Shown here one piece after another: positions 1 through 10,262 of a DNA stretch of 64,000 nt. Each line of letters starts with the position of its first letter. Within the stretch, counting starts at the first letter, position 1. Origin of the DNA: Squalus acanthias (lineage: Eukaryota); NCBI GenBank assembly GCA_030390025.1, contig CM059428.1, forward strand, positions 34,658,001-34,722,000, given 5' to 3'. The notes under the pieces were generated by a model. That model ran no database searches. It saw only the letters and a program-made list of their open reading frames with translations, and was not told the DNA's origin. The translations under genes were made by a program, and so were the position numbers.

Positions 1-627
1 CGCATGCGCTGAAAACCGGCAATTGCTCTTCTGAAAAGGGGGCGGGTCCTTGGTGCATCGCGTGCGTGCTACAGGCTGCGCGCACGCTGTGCACTTCATG
101 CTTTGGACGCGCAGGTAAGTACGGAAGATTTTGGAAATGTAAAAAGGAGGAGTAAGACCCACTTTTAAGAAGGTAAGTAATGAATTAAGTATTTTTTTGA
201 ATTTTTTTTAACAGGTATATCTTTTTTAGAGACTTTAAAGACAGGTAAGTTTATTTTTATAACTTTTTAAAAGATTTTAAATTTTTTCAAAAATTTAATT
301 TTTTATTTAAAATGGTTAATTTAATTAACTATACTTATTTAATTGAGGTTTAGCTGTTATTTTGGGGGGGGTGTAAGATTCATAGATTTCACAGCCGTGC
401 TGTGAAACTTATGAATGGAAGATGGTGTGCTGCCATTGGCTCTAACTGAGTCACGTGATCCCACAGCTCGCACGAATTCACTACGCCGCTGGGATACGCA
501 AGCACTGCCCAGCTGATGTCTGGAACATCAAGTTCGTGCGAGCTGGATCTGAAAAAGCACAAGCGAGGTGAGAGATCGCGGGGAAGCCTTACCCCCGCGG
601 GAACAGAGCGAGATCAATTTCTGGGCC
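1..627. mobile_element. Right part of a non-autonomous DNA transposon (PIF/Harbinger-like MITE), cut by the window edge
   Basis: CpG-rich ends around an AT-rich core. Ends in CAATTTCTGGGCC followed by AAT, resembling the termini of the 50608-51284 element. The left TIR is not visible. Confidence 0.6.
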
Positions 628-811
628 AATGTGTCTGCAGAGATACAATCCGTCAGGGAGGCATTACATCAAAGACGCAGCAGAGTACAGCTAAGACAAT
701 GAGGTGGGGCCACAGGGGGTCCAACGTGTCAAATGCTGCAGTCTGCAGTTAAGCTTTTTACTTTTTTTTTAAACTGGAAATCACATCTGTGAACCAGACA
801 ATGACGTCGAG

Positions 812-1588
812 TCACGTCCTGTAGCGTGACATGAAACCGAGATCCCGGTTGAGGCCGTCCTCATGGGTGCGGAACTTGGCTATCAGTTTCTGCTCGATGA
901 TTTTGCGTTGTCGTGTGTCTCGAAGGCCGCCTTGGAGAACGCTAACCCGCAGATCCGAGGCTGAATGTCCTTGACTGCTGAAGTGTTCCCCGACTGGGAG
1001 GTAACAATCCTGCCTGGCGATTGTTGCGCGGTGTCCGTTCATATGTTGTCTCAGTGTCTGCATGGTCTCACCGATGTACCATGCTGCGGGGCATTCTTTC
1101 CTGCAACATATGAGGTAGACAACGTTGGCCGAGTCACATGAGTATGTACCATGTACCTGGTGGGTAGTGTCCTCACGTGTGATGATGGTATCCGTGTTGA
1201 TGATCTGGCATGTCTTGCAGAGGTTGCCATGGCAGGGTTGTGTGGTGTCGTGGTCGCTGTTCTCCTGACAGCTGGGTAATTTGCTGCGAACTATGGTACT
1301 TTTGAGGTTAGGCGGCTGCTTGAAGGCGAGTAGTGGAGGCGTGGGGATGGCCTTAGCAAGGTGTTCGTCGTCATCGATGACATGTTGAAGGCTGCGAAGA
1401 ACATGGCGTAGTTTCTCTGCTCCGGGGAAGTACTGGACGACGTAGGGTACTCTGTTGGTTGTGTCCCGTGTTCGCCTTCTGAGGAGGTCTATGCGATTTT
1501 TCGCTGTGGCCCGTTGGAACTGTCGATCGACGAGTCGAGCGTCATATCCCGTTCTTACGAGGGCGTCTTTCAGCGTCCGTAGGTGTCC
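812..1588 (-). mobile_element. Penelope-like retroelement fragment: RT C-terminus, linker and GIY-YIG endonuclease
   Basis: Open frame read by hand for about 259 codons: ...KQPPNLK...CHGNLCKTC...NVVYLICCRKECPAAWYIGETMQTLRQHMNGHR...HEDGLNRD. The VY..YIG motif and GLN tail are typical of the PLE endonuclease. Confidence 0.92.
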
Positions 1589-1589
1589 T

Positions 1590-1680
1590 GATAGTTACAT
1601 CCTCAAAAAACTCTAATAAATTTGTTAAACACAATTTCCCTTTCATAAAACCACGTTGACTCTGCCTAATCATATTATGT
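1590..1680 (-). mobile_element. Short CR1 RT fragment
   Basis: Reverse complement resembles the SQHGFMKGKSCLTNLLEFFEDVT region of the 16813-18624 RT. Confidence 0.75.
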
Positions 1681-1732
1681 TATGTTATACCCTGCAATGT
1701 TTAATTCTCAGTCCTGTTTTTTCTATAGCCAA

Positions 1733-1800
1733 GTTAATGATTCAGGTGTGGACCCTTTCGTCAGAACTGGAAAATATTACAGATGAACAGCGTTTAAAAA
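1733..1800 (-). mobile_element. Penelope-type terminal repeat remnant with degenerate hammerhead motif
   Basis: Minus strand GTT-CTGACGA-AAGGGTC-CAC-ACCT-GAAT-CATT-AAC: CUGANGA core, stem II, mutated GAAA. Confidence 0.55.
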
Positions 1801-1971
1801 GGAACCAAACAAACAAAGGGAAGAGTTTCAAAACCACAACCACAGGAAAAGTAAGAGAATGACTTATAAAATGCTTCAGTAGAAAACAGGAAATGGCAGC
1901 AGTGATAATAGTAGGAGACAAGACACTATGAGGCCTAATCTTTGAAGTGTTGTTGCAGTTCTAGGAGAATA

Positions 1972-2334
1972 CAGGAAACTCTTTATTAACTGGCACCGAC
2001 GGACCGGCGTGGTGCCGGTTAATCAAAAAGTCCGGATAACGGAGAGTTATATCTCCCAACGTACGAGAGCCCCGTACACACTGACATGCGCCTGCATTCG
2101 GAGCTCCGTCTCCCCGGGGACCGCCAGCTGACCATCTGTCGTGTCCGCTGTCTACCCGGGCTGCACATTCCCCTCCCAATCTACATGCTCCGATACAAGG
2201 CAAACGCCTCGGGGTTTTTTTAAAAGTTATTTTTAAAGGAGAGATGAAGGAAAACCCCGGTTACCTACTCAAGAATTTTGCCGATTAAGAGAGATTTCCG
2301 GTTATTTGGGTGCCGGTTAAACAAGAGTTTCCTG
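1972..2334. mobile_element. Tc1/mariner (pogo/Tigger-like) MITE, 363 bp
   Basis: TIRs CAGGAAACTCTT...AAGAGTTTCCTG with TA on both sides. Shares its ends with the 55038-55461 element. Confidence 0.88.
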
Positions 2335-2759
2335 TAGTTTTAAAAAAGTGTTTGTTTCCTCCCACTGGTACAAGTGGCAATAAAATTATTCTGTCAACTT
2401 AAAATGCCTCCTATTGCTTAGAGAGGTGATGCTTAAATATGGGCTTTACATCATTATAACCAGAAATGCTGCTTTTGGACTCGCACCAAACAGAGTCCAA
2501 ACCGATTCCTCTTCTGTACGGACAATGAAACTGAATACTGACATTATGGTGCTGAAGTACTGCTTTTTATTTTAAAATATCTTGAAACATTCTTTTGTTG
2601 GGTGTTATGATTTTGGCAGAAGCTTGAAATGCAATGAAACTATTTCTGCAAAAGTCACTCCTGTGACTGCATGTAGGTGCCAAGCGTTGGGTAGCTCGAT
2701 GCTGTCGGCTCATGTCAGTTTAAGATTGGGGATGAGATTATAAACTAATTTCACACAGA

Positions 2760-3070
2760 ACAATAACGAGAGGGCACAGATTTATGATTGGCAAAAGAAT
2801 CAGAGGCGACACACACACGAGGAATTTTTTTTTTTTACACAACGAATAGTTAGGATATGGAATGCAATGCCTGATAGGGTGGTGGATACAGATTCAATAG
2901 TAGCCTTTATAAGGGAATTGATAAATACTTGAAGGAGAAAAAATTGCAGGACTACGGGGAAAGAGTGGGGGTGTAGGACTAACTATATTGCTCTTCGAAA
3001 GAGCCGGCGCAGACTTGATGGGCTGAATGGCCTCCTTCTGTGCTGTAGTATTCTATATTCCATATGATTC
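2760..3070 (+). mobile_element. CR1 LINE 3' end
   Basis: RT C-terminal remnant, GGGCTGAATGGCCTCCTTCTGTGCTG 3' UTR and TTCTAT-type tail. Confidence 0.88.
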
Positions 3071-3825
3071 TAACCCTTATAGCCGAAGGACAATGTGTGT
3101 AGCGTGTTTTGCCACCCAGTTCTCTTCATACATTTCTATGGGTTGTTTCTTCTTTTGTTCCTTTCAAAATAGACATAATTTTATTTTTAAATAGCTGTTA
3201 CTTCACATCACTTATCAAGAGTTCTGTAGATTGCAATAGTTAGCTGAACAACTCCATGTAGAAATTCTCCTGTTTGCCCACTTCCTCCATCCAGAGCCAA
3301 AATCCTGGCTCCATCCCTTCAAAGGTCTTCGGCACGAGATAGTTTACCTCAATTTGAGGAACTGAGCCCATTCTTGAACATACCAAGGAACATCAGCAGT
3401 TCCTGGGTAAAAATAGATAAGCCTTTCACTCATTTTCTTCACTTGAAAACATATTTTATGTTAAACGCATGAATTTGCAAGGCCTCTTCTCGATAATGGA
3501 TCCTTGATAACTAACCTCCTTAAAAAACACCAATGGCTCCAAAAGATTACAATGGCTGCTGTGCACAGGTCTAGACTTCATATCCAGCAGCACATTTCCA
3601 TAAAGACCAAATCAAATCTCTTGCAAAAAAGTATTTATATTACTAAGATCGCAGCAGATTTTAATCTGTTCAATGTTACGGAGAGAACGTGTTGCTGCAA
3701 CAGCCACCGTTTACTTTCTTAAAAGAAACATCTATGACTTTAAATCATCAGCTTGTTGTAAAGATGGCACTCGATTGTTTCACTGATATTTCCTGTTCAA
3801 TTCAAGCATTATTGCTGACAGATTA

Positions 3826-4262
3826 TAAAGGCTATGAAGAGAGACTGGACAGGCTGGGGTTGTTTTCCTTAGAGCAGAGAAGGCTGAGGGGGGACCTGAT
3901 TGAGGTGTACAAAATTATGAGGGGCATAGATAGGGTAGATAGAAAGGAACTTTTCCCCTCAGTAGAGGGGTCAATAACCAGGGGGCATAGTTTCAAGGTA
4001 AGGGGCAGGAGGTTTAGAGGGGATTTGAGGTAAAAAAAAATTCACCCAGAGGGTGGTTGGAATCTGGAACTCACTGCCTGAAAGGGTGGTAGAGGCAGGA
4101 ACCCTCACAACATTCAAGAAGCATTTAGATGAGCACTTGAAACGCCATAGCATACAAGGCTACGGACCAAGTGCTGGAAAATGGGATTAGAATAGACAGG
4201 GCTTGATGGCCGGCGCGGACACGATGGGCCGAAGGGCCTCTTTCTGTGCTGTATAACTCTAT
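3826..4262 (+). mobile_element. CR1 LINE 3' end; tail interrupted by a MITE
   Basis: YEERLDRLGLFSLEQRRLRGDLIEVYKIMRG, then 3' UTR and ACTCTATG tail, which resumes as TATGACT at 5036. Confidence 0.92.
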
Positions 4263-5035
4263 GGGGTAAAAATTGAGTCGCGCCCCATTTGGGGCACTAA
4301 CCTCGCCGGGGCGCGACTTTTAGCGCCCCGAAAAAATTAGCGGCCCCGCGCCGGAACTTCAGTGGTTGCGCCCCAAGAGGGAAGCGGGGCGCAACTGGAA
4401 GCACCCCGCATCCCTCTTGGGGCGCTGCGAGTGAATATCCTGGCGCTACGTGCCGCAGCGCCACACGCTGCGGCACGTCGCGCCGCGGTATTGCAGGCCT
4501 TCCTCCCCTTCTTAAAGGGGAGGGGCCTTGCGCAGCGCGAACCGGGGCCCAGCTGGGCCCCCAGGGATCGGGAGTGCCGGCAAAAGAGCCCGGCACTCAA
4601 GAGAAGTGCCGGGCTCTTGGAGCGCAGCCGGCACTTCATGGTGGGGGGGCTTCACGGGGGCCGGGGACAGCAACGGGGGCAGGTGCTGGCAGGCGGCCAG
4701 CAACAAAAATGGCCGCCTGCCACCTCCCCTTTAAATATCGCCGCCCCGGCCGCACGTACGCCCCCCTGAACCCGTCGGACATAGCGTCTGGCGGTAAATC
4801 AGGGGGCGCGACTGAAGATCACGGCCGGGGCGCGAGCGGGGCGCTGCGCACGGCGATGACGTCATCGCCGGCGGCGCAGCGCCACAGGGCGCTACCGGCT
4901 GCCGCCGCCGCTAACCTCCCACTAAATTTTTCGGGAGGCGTGGGCGGCGCTGCGCCCGGGCGTTAGCTGCTTTACGCCCCATTAGCGCCCTCTTAAGGCG
5001 CTAACGGGAGGCGCAAGCAGCTGAATTTTTCCCCC
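4263..5035. mobile_element. GC/CpG-rich PIF/Harbinger-like MITE, 773 bp
   Basis: TIR GGGGTAAAAATT / AATTTTTCCCCC (11/12). Exact 3-bp TSD TAT at 4260-4262 and 5036-5038; removing it restores the CR1 tail. Subterminal GGGGCGC/GCGCCCC repeats. Confidence 0.85.
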
Positions 5036-6384
5036 TATGACTAAAGGCCTCTATGTCTTAAGAACATAACCAAAAGTATTTAAAATCTCTATTTAACAAA
5101 ATATTCTCCTGAAAGGCATTGTGGAATCTATTTGCAACATCATGTCGAGGAGATGTATCGCCAGCAGAAAATTTCAGTGTACAAATATAGTAACTCACTC
5201 ACAGAAGGAAACCACAAAGATCCTTGAGAAAAATCAAGAGGCTGAGACTAGGTTAGTCGGTCCATTTCCACAGAAATTATTTGGATTCAATGAAAAAGAA
5301 ATGCATTTCCTGTTTTCCAACTGCTTATGAGGGTGTCCTTCGTTTGCAATGCAGGGGACCCCACCCTAAACAAAACTGAGGACATCAGTGTGACCAGTCA
5401 TCTATGACGGGAACAATGTGAAAGGGACAAATGCTGCTAATAACTCTGCAGCAGTTACGTATAGACTTACTGAAGAAAATATTTAACGCTACTGCCTCCA
5501 GCCCCACTTAGTTGAAGGAATTTAATATAAAAATATAATATTCTTGAAATAAAGTATACTCGGTTAATAGTTATAATTAACTTGTGGCCATTCTACAGTA
5601 GGTTTTAATGATACCCTTCATTTTGATTGAAGAGTCTGTCTCAAACCACTTAAAAGCTGCTGGACCATTAACTGTAATGAGCCACATAGCAAAATTTCTA
5701 CTTTGAATAATTTCCTTTACTTTGAAGAGCGAGACATTAAGATCAAGTACAATAGATCCTTTTATAAAAAAGGGTCACAAATGAAACCTCTTGCAACACA
5801 ATCAATAGTTGGGACAGTTTGGTAGATACCTTGGGATGGCAAAAGACAATACACTGAATTTATTCACATCGAAGAGGCTATTTTCCACGACCGAATGTAA
5901 CCAGATGTCAAGATTGCAAGAGGCTCCATACTGCTCTGCTTTAATTTCAGAAACCGATTGTTTCCTCTACTGTGCTGGTATTTAACAAAATGGAGATGAA
6001 GTGTGAAACGCCAGTTTAAGAATGTGGGCGTCAATATGGTTAACTTACTGACAGAAAATTCTATTCATCTTATGCTAATACAAGCTTACAGCTAATTTTG
6101 TGCAAGTCCCAGACTCATTCAACATTATACCAATTTGCTAAAGAGTGCAAAAAGCCATCAGATACTTCACCGCTGACAGTATGATGCAAGATATCTAACC
6201 CAAAATTAGATGCTAGTTTAATTCATCACAGGCCATCAAACTACTAACAAAATACATCAAGACATACTGTAGGATAAGCCTGTACAACTGTGTTATCCTT
6301 AAGTATGTGGGAGGGGAAGGGGGGAAGGAATGTTACTTTAAAAAATTTACCTGTAAAAAGTGGCTCAAGCTGGTGGCCCTCCAT

Positions 6385-6909
6385 TGGGGGGGGGGAAAGA
6401 GAGAAGAGAGAGATCACCGTGGGGGGGCGGAAGAGAAGAGACGACTGTTGGGGGGGGGCGGGGGGAAGAGAAGAGAACACCGTGGGGGGGGGAGGAGAGA
6501 GAAGAGAACACCGTGGGGGGGGGGGGAGAAGAGAGAAGAGAACACCGTAGGGGGAGGGGGGAGGGGGTGAGGAGAGAGAAGAGAACACCGTAGGGGTGGN
6601 NNNNNNNNNNNNNNNNNNNNNNNNNNNNNNNNNNNNNNNNNNNNNNNNNNNNNNNNNNNNNNNNNNNNNNNNNNNNNNNNNNNNNNNNNNNNNNNNNNNN
6701 NNNNNNNNNNNNNNNNNNNNNNNNNNNNNNNNNNNNNNNNNNNNNNNNNNNNNNNNNNNGGGGAGGGAGGAGAGAGAAGAGAACACCGTGGAGGGGAGGA
6801 GAACACCGTGGGGGGGGGGGGGGGGGGGAGGAGGGAGGAGAGAGAAGAGAACACCGTAGGGGGAGGGGGGGGGGTGAGGAGAGAGAAGAGAACACCGTAG
6901 GGGGGGGGG

Positions 6910-6951
<42 letters not shown>

Positions 6952-7080
6952 ACCGTAGGGGGGGGGGGGGGGGGAGGGAGGAGAGAGAAGAGAACACCGT
7001 GGAGGGGAGGAGAACACCACGGGGGGGGGAAGAGAAGTGAGAGAGAGAACACAGAGGGGAGGGGGAGATCAATGTGGGGG
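6385..7080 (+). repeat. G-rich minisatellite: GAGAGAAGAGAACACCGT(G/A) plus variable poly-G, with a (GA)n stretch
   Basis: More than ten visible copies of the CACCGT unit separated by G runs. Confidence 0.95.
6600..6759. other. Assembly gap (160 N)
   Basis: Run of N inside the G-rich minisatellite. Confidence 1.
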
Positions 7081-7599
7081 TTGAACAAACACTAAGGCAG
7101 TGGGCGGGGGAGGTGAGACAAAATGAACACTACTGGAGGGGGGATGAAAGAGATCACTCTTCCTCTTTCTACATTTTGGCCACTCCCTGTTTTCTTCCTC
7201 CTTTTTGCTTTGCACACCATACAAGTGGTGCAATATTTCAGCCCCATACACTATATTAACAAAAAGTCTCTCTTTGTTATCTGGAATCGCTTCAGGCACT
7301 AGTAATTTCTGCTCAATCCCCTTGCAACTAAATGCTCAATCCTTTTATATTTCTGGTATAAAATAATCATGACACTTGCCCTTTTCTGGCTGCATCAATA
7401 ATCTGAACAGGTCACGACACATTACTGAATTACAGAGAGTTGTCGATACCACATTACCCAAGACCAGGAGTGGGCATTTTCTTTCCTCCAGAGAAACTAA
7501 GATGTCTTTGCAGTATTTGAATGTCAAGGTGTTGTAATCAGCATCTGGAGAAGTATTTTAATCATCTTTATACCTCTAACAATAACAGTGCATCAACAA

Positions 7600-8601
7600 T
7601 TTGCTCGCATCTGCTGTTAAATTTATTAGCTCTTTAATCAAATGTGCAATTTCAGAGTAATATACAGTCTCATATTACAAGTTGGAATTATAGTAACAGT
7701 CATAAACAGTACTGTTTTGGTATGCTAGTCACAGGCCCACAGGAGACAGTCGGCACTCGAGTGTCAGACTGTGGATGAAGCTGCACTGTGCTAACACCAT
7801 TTTACTGCAGAATGCAGCGTCTTCCCTTTAAATTCCTTGGGTTCAGGCAAAATGTGGGTTTGCCACACCAGCAATGTGCTACTTATGTGCAACAGGTGCA
7901 ATCTTAGCGTACCAAACATCTTCTCTTTCCAAAAAGTACTGTACCATCGCAAGCTCAGTACAAATAGAATCTATTACTTATTTTTTCTTTTTATATTGCT
8001 AATACCAGAGTAGGAACAAATATATCCTAAAGTTCTGTGCAAAAGGGGAAAAAAAAAATCACAAAATAAAATCTTTTTTTTTTAACTATTTTGGGTAGGT
8101 TTATGTACAAATCCAACCTTTTCACTTGTGTGACCCAAAGCACAAAATGCCAGCAGCAGCTGTAGCTTTCGTGCTTAGCTTCTGAATTCAAGCTACGTTA
8201 GTGGCATTGAATAAAAATAGTGCAGTACTTTGAAGATTTTTGAGGTGGCGGGAGAGGGGGAAGAGACTAAGCTTAATGCCATTCTCCTGCATTCGTTTTA
8301 ATTTTTTTTTTAAACAAAGTACATTAATAGCGTACTGTTAAATTGCCAAATCACTTGGCATAAAGTGTCCATTCTTCCATTTAAAAAGCCTCTTCCCTTC
8401 CCCACCCCCCAAAAAAATCTACGATATTCAATTAAAAAATACATACTTATTTGCAGCAGAAATAAACCACATCACAACCGAAAGTTAATCGTTAAAAGGC
8501 AGATTAGATTCTTTCACATTCAGTCACTCACGGGCTTCATTGATGAATAATTGTTCTGTAATAAACATCCAATAAACAGTGTGATATACAGTCATTATGT
8601 G
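7600..8601 (-). other. EEPD1: EEPD1 3' UTR, proximal part (3' end uncertain)
   Basis: Repeat-poor AT-rich sequence after the stop. Minus-strand AATAAA at 7622-7627 is followed by GU-rich sequence; Pumilio-type TGTACATA at 8102-8109. A more distal AATAAA lies at 5859-5864. Confidence 0.5.
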
Positions 8602-8801
8602 TCACCGCTCGTCCTTTGTGCTCCCGTCTGCTTGCTCAACAGTCACTGCGCTGCCATTTCCAAATGGCACTTTCCTATCCAAGTCTTTTTCTATGTAGAA
8701 CTCTGCCCACAATGGGCAATGGTCGGAGGCAACTCCACCCCATGACCAACTGTCAGGAATCCAGGGATTGGTGAGACCTTCCCGAACAACAGCCCAATGA
8801 C
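8602..8801 (-). CDS. EEPD1: EEPD1 last coding exon (200 nt including TGA)
   Basis: Acceptor ctacacAG. Encodes GHWAVVREGLTNPWIPDSWSWGGVASDHCPLWAEFYIEKD...TKDER*, the recognisable EEPD1 C-terminus with SDH. Confidence 0.96.
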
Positions 8802-9095
8802 CTGTGTAGCAGGGGAAAAAAATTGAATACACATTTAGGAAGGCAAACCACACATAAGGAAGGAGACGCAGAGAGAAAAAAAATAACATTTTTTAACCTG
8901 GCATGTGATGCGTGGCAATGCCTTCTTAATACTGAAACAAAAAATTAAAGCTTAAAAAAAAAATTGGACTCCTTGTCAAAGGCAGAAAAAAATCAAAAAC
9001 AGATAAAATTGAGCCATTATAGTTGAAGCTGCTTTTGCACCACTTAGTTTCAAGGCAAGTTACAATTGCAGATAATACGGAGGGACATGAGGTGT

Positions 9096-9286
9096 CTAAA
9101 CCTCTCCGCCTCTCTTTCCTCCTTTAAGACGCTCCTTAAAACCTACCTCTTTGACCAAGCTTTTGGTCACTTGTCCTAATATCTCATGTGGCTCAATGTC
9201 AATTTTTGTCTGATAACGCTCCTGTGAAGCGCGTTGGGATGTTTTATTATGTTAAAAGTGCTATATAAATGCAAGTTGTTGTTGTT
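9096..9286 (+). mobile_element. L2 LINE 3' end
   Basis: CTAAACCTCTCCGCCTCT...GCTATATAAATGCAAG(TTG)n tail, shared with the L2 copies at 36410, 51640 and 55490. Confidence 0.8.
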
Positions 9287-9630
9287 TTTGGGTGTTGAGT
9301 TATTTTATATCGATAGCATACTGTCAATTTAAATCAAATTTTGCCAAATATCTCTTCACTCCAGTCTACAGAGCATGGTTAACACCCATCATGAGCCATT
9401 ACCTCCCCACCCTTTCATTACAGTGGGGTTATCTGAAATCCATCAGCAAAGTCTTTGCAGGGAGGGGTTGGAGAAAGGAGGATGCTGCCAATGCTCCCAG
9501 CGAGAGGAGAAGGTGAATAAATAATCACCTAGATTCTTGCTGATTGTATTCCGTGCTCCCGGCTGGAAAACGCATGTGGTGTGGTTATCAGGTAAGGACA
9601 GGATCAGGCTCATCTGTGAAACCCCTGTGG

Positions 9631-10262
9631 AACATAGGAACAGAAGTAGGCTACTCAGCCCCTCGAGCCTGCTCTGTCATTCATGGCTGATCTGCACCTC
9701 AACTCCATTTACACGCCTTAGCTCTATATCCGTTGCTACCCTTACCTAACATAAATCTATTGAAATGAGAAGTCGCACAACACCAGGTTATAGTCCAACA
9801 GTTTTATTTGAAATCACGAGCTTTCGGAGCGCTGCTCCTTTGTCAGGTGAAGCTCGTGATTTCAAATAAAACTGTTGAACTATAACCTGGTGTTGTGCGA
9901 CTTCTCATTTTTGTCCACCCCAGTCCAACACCGGCATCTCCGCATCATAAATCTATTGATCACAGTCTTGAAAGCTCCAATTGTCCCAGCAACCCACAGC
10001 CTTTTGGAGGAGTGAATTCCAGATTTCTACTACCCTTTGTGTGAAAAAGTGCTTCCTGATTTCCTTCCTAAATGGCCTAGCGCCAACTTAATGATTACGT
10101 CCCCTCGTTCTTGATTCCTCTACCAGAGGAAATAGTTTCTCTTTAATTACCCTATCAAATCCTTTTAACATTTTAAACACCTCAATCAGATCACCCCTCA
10201 ACTGTCTACTCAAGGGAATACAAGCCAAGTTTATGCAATCGGGCCTCATAATTTAATCCAAT
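9631..10262 (-). mobile_element. CR1 LINE 3' end, interrupted by the Penelope hairpin
   Basis: Reverse-complement CR1 3' UTR and a degenerate LRGDLIEVFK coding remnant. Confidence 0.82.
9764..9945. mobile_element. Penelope-derived inverted terminal-repeat insertion with hammerhead core
   Basis: 61-bp inverted arms at 9763-9823 and 9850-9910 (1 mismatch). 14-bp direct repeat CATAAATCTATTGA at 9750-9763 and 9946-9959. Minus strand TCAC-CTGACAA-AGGAGC-AGC-GCTCC-GAAA-GCTC-GTGA. Confidence 0.85.

Noticed and set aside
4297-4966. Overlapping ORFs and possible CpG-island promoter of a gene
   Set aside because: Fully enclosed by TIRs and a TSD inside a CR1 tail; the ORFs reflect stop-codon scarcity in GC-rich DNA.
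6244-7088. Long Pro/Gly-rich ORFs on both strands, and a superficially CRISPR-like repeat-spacer pattern
   Set aside because: The ORFs are translations of a low-complexity minisatellite across an N gap. The spacers are poly-G runs, and there are no cas genes in this eukaryotic context.
8802-8889. N-terminal extensions of supplied ORFs overlapping EEPD1 exons (also 11307-11323, 23494-23529, 29497-29562, 56446-56546)
   Set aside because: Intronic read-through beyond clear splice sites.
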